From Rhynchobatus australiae (Eukaryota), in NCBI GenBank assembly GCA_034780895.1, contig JAUZTB010000127.1, positions 20,443,890 to 20,507,889 of the forward strand: DNA of 64,000 nt, given 5' to 3'. Shown piece by piece: positions 49,747 through 63,505 of the stretch. Every line of letters begins with the position of its first letter. Within the stretch, counting starts at the first letter, position 1. The notes under the pieces were generated by a model. That model was not told the DNA's origin. It saw only the letters and a list, made by a program, of their open reading frames with translations, and searched no databases. The position numbers and the translations under genes were made by a program.

Positions 49747-50892
49747 GTCAGTTGTCCATTGAAGGTGTCCTTAAAAGAAGGAAACCCATTTCTAATCCAA
49801 GTTCGTACACTGAAGACATGTGAGCCTCTGTAGATACAAGTGAAATTTTAATCAATTTGATCTGTATGTGTGTGTATGTATGTATGGTATATTTTATAAA
49901 GGCAATATAGAAGTATTAGAAAAAAGATGTGAGCTTTATTTTGAAGATATTGAAGTAACAGGAGCTCAACTGAAAAGTCCTTAAAATGTGCTACACTTAC
50001 TAATTGCAATGCAGGAGGCATAGCAGTTAGTGCTGCCTGCTAATCACAGTGGTTTCTGACTACAGTCAGCACTAACCACACTATTGATTGACTGCACACA
50101 CCAATAGGGGATTCAAAATCAATAGTAGCTAACAATACTCAAACTTATCCACGCCCCTTAAAGGGAAGGTGCTAGGAGTCAGAATACAGTGACACATCGC
50201 TCCTTTTTGGGGGGGCGGGGGGGGGAGCTGACTCCATGCTGCACCTGAACTCTTGGAGCAGTTGGNNNNNNNNNNNNNNNNNNNNNNNNNNNNNNNNNNN
50301 NNNNNNNNNNNNNNNNNNNNNNNNNNNNNNNNNNNNNNNNNNNNNNNNNNNNNNNNNNNNNNNNNNNNNNNNNNNNNNNNNNNNNNNNNNNNNNNNNNNN
50401 NNNNNNNNNNNNNNNNNNNNNNNNNNNNNNNNNNNNNNNNNNNNNNNNNNNNNNNNNNNNNNNNNNNNNNNNNNNNNNNNNNNNNNNNNNNNNNNNNNNN
50501 NNNNNNNNNNNNNNNNNNNNNNNNNNNNNNNNNNNNNNNNNNNNNNNNNNNNNNNNNNNNNNNNNNNNNNNNNNNNNNNNNNNNNNNNNNNNNNNNNNNN
50601 NNNNNNNNNNNNNNNNNNNNNNNNNNNNNNNNNNNNNNNNNNNNNNNNNNNNNNNNNNNNNNNNNNNNNNNNNNNNNNNNNNNNNNNNNNNNNNNNNNNN
50701 NNNNNNNNNNNNNNNNNCTACCAGATATCATAATTCTGTGAATTTTTTTCATAGTGATCAAGATTAAAATAATCTCTTCTGTAAACTTGGATAAACCTCC
50801 CTAAACTAGAAAATGCACTTTTTGGTAATACATAGCAGTGTTGCACTTTTTTTTTAGTTTTGAAATTAATATTATTTTGTCTTGTTATTTAG

Positions 50893-50946
50893 GATTACAT
50901 TAACTGTGCTGAGGTTTGGATAGATTACATATGCAGGCACTTCACA
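50893..50946 (+). CDS. VPS35L: VPS35L exon 18 (DYINCAEVWIDYICRHFT)
   Basis: tttag/gtaagt, 54 nt. Confidence 0.96.
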
Positions 50947-51037
50947 GTAAGTAGGATTTCACACACCACATAGTTGAAGTTATCAAACCAATATTTTATC
51001 TGAAATAATACTAACACAAAAATCTCTAATTTGACAG

Positions 51038-51118
51038 AAACGTGAAGTCAACACTGTGTTAACAGATGTCATTAAACATTTAACTCCAGACCGAGCTTTT
51101 GAAGATGCATATCCACAG
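51038..51118 (+). CDS. VPS35L: VPS35L exon 19 ([27 protein letters not shown])
   Basis: gacag/gtaatg, 81 nt. Confidence 0.96.
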
Positions 51119-52529
51119 GTAATGTGCAAAGAATTTTGGAAATATCCCAGGAAAAGAAAAGATTGGTTTTTATTTCATTTGAGTAATACTGTTTCATTAA
51201 ATGATCCCATAATTGTTATCCTTTATCCTATATCACAATACTAATTTGTTAAAACACTAGGTGGATTTGGGTTTTGAGGTCTCATAAAACTCTTCTGAAC
51301 TTGTGAACTCTTTATTGAAATTTAAGCCATCTGAATTTTGCTCCTAAGGCTTAAAATTCTTTTTGAAGACTTTTATTCCAGTGCTGCCTCCAAAACAGGT
51401 TTCACCAGGAAGCTTGCAATATTGATGTATGATTATAAGTCATAAATGGTTTGGATAATTTTTTCTGATTTCAGTCTTTCCTCTTGTGTAAGCCATGTGA
51501 GCTGGAATCAATTGCAGTGCCTCCTATTTTATTCCTAATTTTGTGCAGTGGAGACTGGGGACCAAATTTGGGAACTGCTAGAGATCAAACTGATACCATC
51601 TAGGGTGTCGATGACTCAGTTGTTGAGTTAATAAGCTTTCTGAACATTGGAAAAAATATTTCCAACAGAAAATGTGGTTTAATAGTAAAGGTTTTGTTAT
51701 TTATAATGAAGAACATTTGTTTGGATATGCTTGTAGACTGCAAAATATTATTTATTGTTGTGTTTTATTAATTTCACTCATTAAATTCCTACACCCACAT
51801 TTGCAGTAGAAATGGCCAATGTAAATTACAATTGCAACCTCTGAGCACTGAAATCATTTTTAAAAGCAATGCAAATTTTCAACTGCTCAAGATGGACAAA
51901 AAAAGCTCAATGTACATATTAAANNNNNNNNNNNNNGAAACACTCAGTAGATTGGGCAGCATCTGTGTTTCTCTTTTCAGAGATGCTGCATCACCTATTA
52001 AGTGTTTCCAGCATTTTTGGTTTTTATTTTAGATTTCCAGTTTTTTTTACTTTAGATTTCCAGTTTTTTTTACTTTAGTGTACAAATTGTTTTATCTATA
52101 AGAGTTCAGGTGTCCATAATGCCTTTAATGATTGACTTATTAATTTTGTTTTTTGATAATACCAAGTCACAGCTGTGTGCTATGATTTTAAGAACATTTA
52201 TCATCTATTCACTTGGTCTGAGCCTCTTCTTATGAGAATAAGGGACTGACAAATAGTTAATGACACCTTAGTTTTTAAGTTGTTCTTCAGTTTCCTGCTT
52301 CTCTACAATATGTTGTAAGATTTTAATCTTTGCAAATATTATTGCCTCTTTTAGCAGTGCATTCCAGAGTCCAGCTCTGCAACAACAATTTTGCTCCCCT
52401 CTGGTTGGTCTGCCAGCTTCCTTTAAAATCTGTGCCATGGGGTTTACTGACTTCACCATTTTTGGAAATGATTTCTCTCTTTTTGATGTGTCTAACCCTT
52501 TCACAATTTTGAATGACTTTATGAAATAT

Positions 52530-52985
52530 TCTTGCAATGGAGGAGTGCAGCGAAGGTTCACCAGACTGATTCCTGATTTGGAAGGATTGACGTATGGAGA
52601 GAGATTGGGTTATTTAGGCTCACCTTCACTTGAGTTTAGAAGAAACCTACAAAATTCTGACAGAACTAGATAGATTTGATACAGGAGTGACGTTTCTAAT
52701 AGTTTGGGTGGGGGTGGTGTCCAGGACCAGAGGTCACAGTTTAAAGATGAGGAAAATTTTCTTTCCTCAGCATGTTGAGCCTGTAGAATTCTCTTAACAG
52801 GGAGCAGTTGAAGCCAAAGTTTTAAATATATTCTCAAGGCTGGAGGGATTGAGGGATATGAAGGGGGGTGGGGAGGGGAAGGGAAGAACTGGAACAGGGT
52901 TTTGAAATTGGGTCATCCACCATGATCTTATTGAATGGTGGGACAGGCTCAAAATATTGAATGGCCTATTCGTGCTCCTATTTAC
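52530..52985 (+). mobile_element. CR1 3' fragment
   Basis: GVQRRFTRLIPDLEGLTYGERLGYLG peptide. Confidence 0.85.
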
Positions 52986-53478
52986 TTTGACTCAGTATCT
53001 CCTTAACCACTACTGTTTTAAGGAAGCTTCCATTACCCTTTGAAATAATTAAAGCCTCTCACTCCAGCACAATTCTGATAACTTTCTATTCAAGGCTTTG
53101 TAATTCTTCCTAAATGGGACTCAATGAATCAATGATTTATAAGTTTCATAATTTCCTTTTATATCTCTACTTAAAAAGTCATTTGCATTTTAGCAGCTTT
53201 ATTTGCCCTGTTATATTTTAAAAAAACATTTATATAAAGCCCCAAAAGTCCATTTTGTGCACCCACTGCAGAATCTTAGTTCACACTATCCCCCCTCATT
53301 CTTGCTCTCAAGTGCATCAATTCACTCACTTTTGCCTGTGGATTTTTAAAGAACTGCTCAAGTTTCTGATATCAATATCACCTGAATATGTAATGAAAAA
53401 AGGATGAACTGTTTCAGACATTTTCTAATATGTATTGTATGATTCTTGTATGGTTGACATTTTTGTTTTATTTTTCAG

Positions 53479-53541
53479 CTTCAGTCAATTATAACAAAAA
53501 TACTAGATCAATTCCATGACTTTGCAGTTTTGTTTTCAATG
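53479..53541 (+). CDS. VPS35L: VPS35L exon 20 (LQSIITKILDQFHDFAVLFSM)
   Basis: tttcag/gtaagt, 63 nt. Confidence 0.95.
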
Positions 53542-55219
53542 GTAAGTTGATGGAAATCTTGTAGCTTGCTTTCTCTCACAACATAAGCATGGTTATGGTT
53601 CTTGTACCATGACTAATTTCCAAAATGTATGTTAATAAAAATAGTGGATCAAATAAAATAATGGCTCAACTGAAATGCTTTGTTAAAGCTGGCTAGATAT
53701 CCTGTTTTGGGCTTTCACTGTATTCTAATGTATGTTTCGTGATAAAGAGTTAATTGAGCAATGGGTACCCAATGCTTCTGCACCCTTTGCACATTGTTCA
53801 TAAATCCACATAGAGCACTTTCTTTGATAATAGCATTTGAAAGTGTGCTTGCCTGATGCTCTCGCCATAAATGAGACTTCACTGGTTGTTCATCTGGCCA
53901 AGTATATAACTGAGTAGAAGGTAGCATTATCATTCTGCATTATCCAAACATTACCAGTCATGCTTGGTTCCATACATCAAATTTTGTCCAGCTCTTAACA
54001 AATAAATCACAACCCTCTGGACCTGCTTCTGTTTTGGCATATCCTTGGATTTAAGATTCCTCCCTCCCCCTATTTGGAAAAAGGCTTTGTTTTGAATTGA
54101 TCCTGATGAGATAATTCCACCATAGTAATATCATGCAAATTCTTCAAGCATCTCCTTCATGGATCAATACTGATCGACAAAAGTTCAAACTTCTGACCTC
54201 AGCCCACGGGATTTGTTCTAGCTCTCTTGAGGAGCAATCCAGATCCATCTTGTCATAGTAGATACTATCCTATCAGGCAGTATATTCCAAATCTTAACTG
54301 CATTTCTTTTTGGTGGGTGGGATGGAATCTCATCTCACCTTTTGGTTCTTTTGCTAGTTTTCTGAAATCTATGGTGACCAGATAACAGCCTTTTAGCCAT
54401 TAGAATGTTATTTGCTTTATCTTGGCCCAGTTATTTTTATGAAAGAAAAAGTATTGGAAACACTCAGCTGGTCACGCAGAACCCGTGGAAGGAGAAGCAA
54501 CTGATGCTTCACGTCTGGGGCCCTTCATTAGAACTGGGAAAAAGGAGAAAAAAAAAGTTAGTTTTCAGTAGCAGAGAAGGTGAAGGAGGAATGGGTAGAA
54601 AGAAGGGAATATCTGAGAGAGAGAGTCCAAATGGGGCCAGTTACAAGCATAGTAAGCTGCTTTGTCTATGTAGTGTGTTTATTAATGGTGATGCTGACAG
54701 ATGTGCCCAGAAGACCAGACTATACAAATATAAATAAGAAAATCTGAGATAAAATGATGATGGGTGAAATATCTGGTTCTGAAGCATGCAGAAAGAGAGA
54801 GAGTAACCTAAAGCTGGAGAATTCAATGTAGAGTCTGGAAGGCTCTAGTAAGAATGGGATGGTGAACTCACTTTAATATAGCAAGAGCTTATGTTTTTTG
54901 TGCATGAGTTCAATCAGTTGATATTCTTCTGCATGGAAGCTAATTTTAGTTGGGAGTTTGGCCAGGAGGTGTAAGATGTAGAGCAATTAAGAAAGTGTTA
55001 GGGATTTATAATTGTGACTGATTTTGAGTGTCTGTTACTGTTTTCATACTTGAACTAAAATTGAACTTGAAAAAAATTGGAAAAGCTCTCTGAAATTTGT
55101 TCTGATTTTATAATTTCTATATTATTGGCATGGTTCAGTGTGGTTCATCAGTGTTACAGGACTTGAAAAGACTGAAGCATTAAAATTATGCAATCTAGTT
55201 CATCATTAGCTTAGTGTCG

Positions 55220-55460
55220 AGTCAGAGTTGTACAGCATAGAATCAAGCCCTTTGGTTCACCACATCTATACTAATCCCACACCTGCATCAATCCATATCC
55301 CTTTGTTCCTTGTTCATTCAAGCACCAGTCCAGGTGGCTCTTAGATATTGTTAATGTTCTTTCCTCCTCTGGCAGCTCATTCTAGATACCAGCTAGTATG
55401 TGTGTGGGGGGGGGGCAATTACCCCTCAAATCCGCTTTTAAACTTCCCTCTCACCTTGTA
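55220..55460 (-). mobile_element. CR1 tail fragment
   Basis: gtcagagttgtacagcatagaatcaagccctt, as in the other copies. Confidence 0.6.
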
Positions 55461-58400
55461 TGCAAGGATTGATGAAAAGCTCTGAACTACTAATAGCTTG
55501 TTAAGTGTAAAACAAAGGTCTTATAAACTGCTTTTGCAAATTTATTTTTTAATCTGTAATATTTATGATATCATGCTTGGGTAGTTTTTGAAATAAAAGT
55601 GTGTGTACTTTTTAGGTCTGACTACATATTTGGCCATTTGAGTATTTTACATTGCAAAATAATTCTAATCTTTGTTCACATGCAATCTTAAATATTAGCA
55701 GTGTTGATTCAGAACCAATATTAGTTTCTTTGGAACTATTTCTAATATTCAGATGTTATTGTGCAATTGGTTTTATAATTAAACTATATCTAATTTCTTT
55801 ACAGTGCAAGTGTTCCCTCTGAATTGNNNNNNNNNNCGGGTGATGTTAGCTGAGCCACAGCAGGGGGCAGTGTTCCCTCTGAATTGGAATTTGAAGTAAT
55901 GTCACTGAAGCACCTGAGTTAATAATCAATGTGTATTTGCATTAGCCATTAGTTAATTGAGCAGACCTTCATTTGGAGCTCTTCTGATCTTTTGCACACT
56001 TTTATGTGGCATCTTGTATCAATGCTCTATGCCAGTCACCTGTGAAAGTGCGTATTTCCAAGGGTGTTAGTTTATGAACCAGAACCAATGTAGATCAGCA
56101 ATCCCAAGAGGGAGGGTTAACACAAGGTAAATGTGGGCTGCTGAGCTTTTAATGACTTTGTGTACATGGCGGTGGGGAGAGAATAGAATAAAGGAGGTCA
56201 GCTGGGAATGGATTTCAAAAGTCAAGCTTTTGGCTAGAACAAAATTATGGATGGTGTTTTTCAGCTGCAGTTGAACTGCAACAGATGTATTGTGTGCCTT
56301 TCAGACCTGGAATTTTTATTTGGTCGGAAGGTTGATTTGCTCTTTAATATTGACATTTTTGGATGGTTACTGGCATATACAAGGCATTCATCAAATGGGA
56401 TATGTTCAATCATATGCTTGAAGGGAGATACTAAGACTTAAAGATTCAAAGGAAGAACAGAATTGTCATCTTTCACTATAGTGATGCCATGATTTACCAA
56501 ACTGAAAACTTTGCAACTGGCAATTTGGGTCCTTAAACTGCTCCAAGCGATCCATTGGAATGTTTTTTTAAATCAGTTTCACTAAAATTGTGTTTGTTTC
56601 TCTTTTACTTGTTCCTCAGCCCAATCCATCATGGGAAAGCTATAACTGTAGCCCAGCTGTTTTTTTTATTTTAATGCATTATTCAAAATATAAAAATAAT
56701 TTCCAGAATTACTACTGAAGTCAGCTACATCTTACTGAAGTAGAAGCTCATCCCAATTGCTGAATTGTACAATAGCTTCTTGAAATGGTTCTGTATGTTG
56801 TACCACACAACAGCATCACAATGATCAAGGGTTTTGTGACTTTCTTGCAAGTAGGACTGAACATAAAAGGTCCCATAATCTCAAGTACAAATTAGGTTGA
56901 GACAATATCAAATTTCCCTCAGTTTTTAAAGCTGGTGTAATCAACTGTCATTTTGGATTTCAGTTCTGCACACAAAAGTGATGATGATCACAGACTGAAA
57001 TAACAAATGTGACATTATGATCAATCACTATCTTTCAGAAGATCTTCAAATTAAGCTCATCTAGGTGCAGAGGCTTGAACAGACCAGTTCTGAAAGTAGT
57101 AAAATGTTAAAAGAAAATTATTTACTTAGCAACTGTTAATGCAAGGCTGCTTTAACTTTCCAATCTTATCACTGATTTTTAAAATCTGCTTATTTGCAAG
57201 GTAGATGAGGCATTTAAATTTGTTGTAATGAATCCTTTTTAAAGTATTAANNNNNNNNNNNNNNNNNNNNNNNNNNNNNNNNNNNNNNNNNNNNNNNNNN
57301 NNNNNNNNNNNNNNNNNNNNNNNNNNNNNNNNNNNNNNNNNNNNNNNNNNTCCTTTTTGAAGTATTAATAAAGTGATATAAGGTTTTAACTAAGTATACT
57401 AATATTAGAATGCAAAGATAAAAAAACACATTTTATGCTACCCAATTGTGCTACTTGTTGGGGAGGATTTTGTGATCAGATGCTTTTGGTAAAAAATCTA
57501 CAAATTGGCCTTTGACATTCCTACCAGCGGGAACCTGCAGAAACCACTGGGAAAATTCATCTCGGGAGCATTGCAGTTGAAATGGCCTTTTGTGTCATCA
57601 GGAGCATCATGAGGATAATTAAGAAAAAAACTTGACAGGCAGCTGAATAACAACTGCCAGACAGTGATGGAACTGTCAAATTCCTAAACCTTTAAAAATT
57701 GTCTAAATATTTATCAGAGATTCAAGAAGATATAAAATGTAAAAGCAAAAATGCTGAAGAACTTGAAGTTAAGCATAACATCTAAATCACCTTCAAATAC
57801 CTTTTTTTGATATATTTTTCAATTTTCAAACCATGAGGAATAAAAATATCCTTGGGACAATTTAAAAGATATGCTTTCTAACTAATAAACTCAGGATTTT
57901 TAAATGACCCAAACTTTTATCTGAAGCCTCCTTTCCATTCAAATCAAAATGAGAATTCTTCTTGCATTTCCTTGGAGTTGGTGCAGAACTCACCAGTGAA
58001 GTTGTAATGTAAGTGAGGGCATTTGGCCCAAGTTCCCCCTCGTAGGTGGATCTTCCAGGGTTGAGCTCAGCCTATTCCCAAGTGATGAATTAGTGACAAA
58101 ATTTCATGTTTGCATGCATAGTAATCACAAAATTGTTGTCAGTGGCATTGGTTAGCAGTTGCATCATGCTAGCATGATTACCTTGTGACCTTGCAAATTC
58201 CAAGACTTTGCTAATGAGTTTAAAGGGAAATTTATTTGAAGCCTACACTTTTATTTGAAAACCAGTGCAATTTCATGCTGCTCAAGAGGGCTATTGCTAT
58301 CCAAAATGGAAACCTTCATTGTGAGAAATGCAACTCCATGCATTCTTCGTGCTTGCATGAGAACGGAGTATTATGAATATACCTTTTCATTTTCCTGAAT

Positions 58401-59629
58401 GATAGAAAGCTTCAAAGTGGGGCATTAGACAAGAAGTATTAGGTCAGTTAAATATAGAAAGGTAGATTTTTTTGGTGCCCTACTAAAATATATACAGAAT
58501 TGTGTGGATTTGGGAACTCATCAGCTCAGCAAAGTAATGAATTGCGTGTATCTTTATCACCCTTCCTGACTTCTGTTTATATGAACCACTAAATGACAGT
58601 GTTGTTTGGAAAAACTTGTAAACTGGGTAAAATAGTTCTGGGTTTGTGTCTTTATGATAACGTTTACATTCATTCCATTGTTACATTATGGAATGAAAGG
58701 ATCTGGATAATGCTGCATGTTGCTTTATATTTCTGTCTTCTACCAATCCCATGCCACTTATAACTGTTCGGTTTTTGCTTTCGTGAACTATTTTCTACTT
58801 GCTAATTTGCTCCCCTGGCTATCCTTTCCTGAAACTGTTGTTTCTTTTTTGGTGTTTGCTCTGCCTTGCTCACTCTTGATTACTTTGCCAAACTGGCCAT
58901 GTCCTCTTCGGGGTTGATGTTGATACAGAAATAAGAATCATTGGAAGTAAGTCCTGTTCTGTGCAATCTAAAATGCATAATTCTAGTTGTGGTTTCTAGA
59001 GAGCAACCAAGTTGGGAACACTGGGTGATGCATTTTTGATCTTATCTATTGCATGCTGCCCTGGTCCTGAGACCAGTTATAAGGTCTGTGACAACCATGC
59101 AGGTCAGGACTGAATTTGCCAATATTCCTTTATCTGCAAAGCTGAGGTTCTACCGGTCTTCAGGGATTTGCTAATCATCTTGAATTGTGTAAATAATGTG
59201 GATTTTATTTTGTTAGGGTACATTGTTATTTGTGTGGACGCAATAATGTTGGCACATGTTCTTCACTAAACAGTTTTCCTCCCTCCCTGCCAGGCTTGGT
59301 CAACTCCATCTGCTGCCAATAAATAGCTCTACTCTGTATATGCAGCTAAAGGATACAAATTGGAGGTTTCCTGGACTCATAACATTGTTCTTAGTATTTT
59401 GCTGTGATAGGGTAATTTACTTTTGTACTCAGCATTACTGTTTTGGTTCGTATGCAAGTTTGTAGTGTTTGCTTAAAGCTGTAATTAATTTGCAGCTAAT
59501 TTTTTAATTGTACATAGAAGAAATTTGATGAAGAAATTGCACTTAATTTAAAACAAAATTGTAGAGTGCCGGACTTTAAATTCAGTATATTACAAACTCT
59601 TAGTTGATTTACATGTGCTTCATTCTCAG

Positions 59630-59715
59630 GATAAATTCCTACCTTTTCTGGATATGTTCCAGAAAGAGAGCGTCAGAGTGGAGGTATGCAAATCCATTAT
59701 GGAAGTCTTTATTAG
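59630..59715 (+). CDS. VPS35L: VPS35L exon 21 ([29 protein letters not shown])
   Basis: ctcag/gtaagc, 86 nt. Confidence 0.96.
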
Positions 59716-61720
59716 GTAAGCACAAGCTTACTAGAAATATGAATGTTAAAACTGTTAAAATGTAATATCTGAATGCGTTTTATCATAGCACCCCTACCTC
59801 CCCTCTGATCTTCATTTTCCTTTGGGTAGCCAAGGTACGAGAATAATTCAATCCACTTAAACTAGTTGATGTTGATTTTTCTAATCAAGATGCCTAGTTT
59901 CAAAACCATTCATTTGGAAATGTAGAAATTAATTAGGTTTTACAAAGATAAGTGCATTTGAAAATATCCCACATATATATTTAGGAATGAAATTTGAGAG
60001 ATGAGTAGTATGACTGTTAAAAGACAAGATGTTTTATGCCACTTTCTGCAGTCCAGTATCATTGCCAAAACAATTTGGAAAAGATGTGTAATGTGCTGCA
60101 TTGCAACCAGAGGTAACCATTACTGACTGCACTTTTTTTTAAATGTGACATGTTCTCTATAGCTTTTTGAATTTATAATTTAATGTTTGCAAGTCCCTCA
60201 GAGTAATTCTTTCTTGTTTTTTTAAACTCCCCTTTTCACTGTGGAGGTGTTTAGGAGCAATTGTCCATAATCTCCTTTGGCCTGTTATACCCAATTAGCT
60301 TGTGGCTAGTCTGTACCTCATCCCCATTTATGCAGCATATCGTTCAATATCCTCAGCTAAATATAATCCATTGATCTCAGTGACAATTTTAATTAATATA
60401 ACGTCCATAGTTGCTGGAGGAAATGTTCCAGATTTTCATTACAACCACAACAAATAAGGTTTTTGATTTCGCACCAAACTGCTCTAGACCTAATTTTATT
60501 TATTCTGGATTTCTGTCTATGAAAGCACACAAACCAACTTTATGCTTCTTGCCTCAGTATTTTATCTTGTAAGCTCTGATGTAATCAAAGTCCTAATGGT
60601 GTAATCAGGATGTGGCATTTAACAAGAAAATGCATGGAGCACTGGGAAAAAAAACCTTAATTGCAAGCCAATTTGCAATATTATCATTTCCTTTATGGGA
60701 CTGAAATTAGATTTTGATCCCTCAAACAGTGTTGACTGTAAGTCTTATTTAGGGTGTTGTATCAATGGATGCTATATTTTAATTGTTTGCAAGTTTTGCA
60801 ATAAAACTATACTAGTTTAAAACAATTAATGTTAAATTGTTTCACTTGAGGGCACTATCAAGACATGAGATTGCATCACGAAAAATGATCAGCAGTCAGT
60901 GATAAGTAAAATATTTTAAAAGAATAATTATGTACCTATTGATGGTTTAAAAATGTGTACTTGTGAATGGGAAGGCTTTGTGGAAATTAACTTTTTCCAG
61001 TACCTGTGCTTTTGTGATTATACCAGGTTAAGTAATTATTTCATCTGTCAGTCTTTCATTATCCCCATCACTCTCTTCACATCAAATGCAAGCAATGTAA
61101 TATTTGACTATTCGCCATTACCCTTCCTGTTTTCCTAGAATGCAAATGGTCCTTCCAGATGTAACAATAATTCATTTTGATATATTTGTAACTCATGTCA
61201 TGGTCATCTCTGTGTTGGGGAGACCAGTTGCAGGTTGCACTTTGTTGAAAATCTGCCATTAGTGAACCAGAGCTTGTCCTGTCAACTCCATACCCCATTC
61301 CTGTTCTGATCTTCGTGGTCCTCTGCTTCCGTTACAGTTTCAATAAAACTTAATAGAAACGTGTGGAGCAGTACCCAATCTTCCTAAAATTCTGAACTCA
61401 ATAAGGCATTTTAAAAAAAATCAGATCATATTGATTGCTCTCTTATTTTGGACAGCAACTACAAATCATGAACTTCATTTAATCTTTCCTGCCTTCCACC
61501 CTTGCAAAGATCTTTCCTCCTGTACCTGCCTTTCTTAAAATCTGTTTTATTTTCCAATTCTGACAAAATGTCACTGACCTGAAATGCTAACTTTCTCTCT
61601 GCAAATGCTCTCTGGCTTGCTAAATAATCAGAAGCATTTTCTATTTGTATTCCAACAAGCTACTTTTTAGTGCTGCCTNNNNNGGACAAATTCTTTTTGT
61701 GTGTTTTTTTTGTGCTTTAG

Positions 61721-61801
61721 GCAACAGCAAGAACTGACACGTGACCCTGTCATACTTAATGCTCTGATGCATATTTGCAAGACAATGCACGACTCTGTCA
61801 A
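61721..61801 (+). CDS. VPS35L: VPS35L exon 22 ([27 protein letters not shown])
   Basis: tttag/gtaaga, 81 nt. Confidence 0.96.
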
Positions 61802-62809
61802 GTAAGATGCTGTTCTTCGTAGAAATCTTTATAGGGGTTGCCTTTCCTAAAATGTGGGGATGGATCACCTGCATGTGTGCTGGCGCTTCTGTGGGACTTG
61901 CCTGCATTTTTATGTGGGAGCCCCAAAGTCTGGAACAAGCTGTTCTTCCATTGTCCTAGTGGATCCCCTATAAATTCCAAAGGAGCGGTGCAGAATTTTA
62001 TAAATATCCAAGCTCCCAGACTGGGAAATTTATTGGTTGAGTCTAAGCTGGGTTAAGCCTGACAGAAATACAATGGTCCCGCTGAAATGAATGGGAAGGA
62101 ATGCCTGCTGGGACAATGGTAGGAAAACCTATTATGTGATGAAATTTAATTGGTTTAAATGTACAAATTTATTTTTAAGTGTATGAGTGTTCATTTTTAA
62201 TTTTCTATGGTTCACAGCTGTGTTTGAATGTGTCTGAAGGTTGAAACCATTCAACGACGTTCAATTTCACTGACAGGTGGTGAGCCTGGAGTTATAGCCT
62301 TGCTGACTGTTATGGGCTATCTGAGAACTCAGCTGGTCATGTACTGGCAGAAGGCCTGTCCTGGGCTGGGCTATGCCAGTGAGCTGGGTGCCACCATCCT
62401 CCCATCAGGAGACTATGTCCAAGACCAAGCTAGAAGAAATGACATAGTCCAAGGGCCAGCGGTTTCACTGACCTTGGGGTCAGTAAAAGATCAGCCCCAT
62501 TGTTTCCCAAACCTACGATATTATTCTCAATGGGTTTGGTAACCATAAAAAATTCTAATTAGAATCTGATATTTTTGCATGGATAATAATGTATCTTCCT
62601 ACTTGTTGGTAAACCAAGATTTTAGTCATAGCTTGCCAATCTAGGATAGTATAATATTCTGTGTTTTATATAATTTTAAATATTTGGAGCCTGGTATATT
62701 TTCTTCTCAAGCAGCATATAAAGTGTTATATTAGTTTCTATGGTAGGTAAATGCAGACATGGCAATATTGCCAGTACTGGATTGGGCTGGTTAAGAGGCA
62801 GAATACAGT

Positions 62810-63070
62810 GGGGCGGCACGGTATCATAGTGGTTAGCACAATGCTATTACAGCACCAGCGACCTGGGTTTGATTCCCGCTGCTGACTGTAAGGGGTTTGT
62901 ACGTTCTCCCGTGTCTGCGTGGGTTTCCTCCAGGTACTCCGGTTTCCTCCCACATTTCAAAGACGTACGGGTAGGTTAATTTGGGGTTTAAAATGGGTGG
63001 CATGGACTTGTCGGGCCGGAAGGGCCTGTTAACATGCTGTAAATAAAATTTAAAATTAAAAAAAATTAAA
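62810..63070 (+). mobile_element. tRNA-derived V-SINE (HE1-like), near full length
   Basis: A box tagtggttagc, B box gggtttgattccc, V-domain gtctgcgtgggtttcctcc...ccggtttcctcccaca, CR1-like gggccggaagggcctgt tail, A-rich end. Confidence 0.85.
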
Positions 63071-63441
63071 TTTAGGATTTACAATGAAGCTACTTGATTT
63101 TGTTTTAGATGGTCCTGACAAATATTGTAAGTGTCAGTTATTGTGAATTGCTTAATGACGATCATGTGAAGCAGGTTCCCACAAAATATAATCTACTTTT
63201 GATATCTGGAGTACGATATTGAATTACTTTTCCAATTGATCGGCTTAGTAGTAATGAAATATATTTTCCAAATGTTATAACCAGTTGTCACAGAGACTTT
63301 TTTTGTTTTAATCAGCATCTTAGTTAAAACGAGATTCATTTGTGATTCTATTTGTTTTGCGTATTTTGCCCAGATAGTAAGTTGAGTCGGTGGTGATAGT
63401 TATTATTAATTAAGTATTGTGCACACTATCTTTCTTTGAAG

Positions 63442-63505
63442 TGCTTTAACATTAGAAGATGAAAAGAGGAATTTGGCTGCATTAATAAATGGATTTATCA
63501 GAATG
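63442..63505 (+). CDS. VPS35L: VPS35L exon 23 (ALTLEDEKRNLAALINGFIRM); gene continues beyond the window
   Basis: tgaag/gtgagt, 64 nt. Confidence 0.95.

Noticed and set aside
31249-50761. Long ORFs in the ORF track (e.g. 31249, 34060, 45483-46434, 50129; also 6505-6991)
   Set aside because: They are open only because they span N-runs.
52026-52078. Two copies of ttagatttccagttttttttact
   Set aside because: A local slippage duplication at the end of a repeat. Not a CRISPR or other functional array.
62810-62885. tRNA-like A and B boxes
   Set aside because: This is the head of a V-SINE, with no complete cloverleaf.
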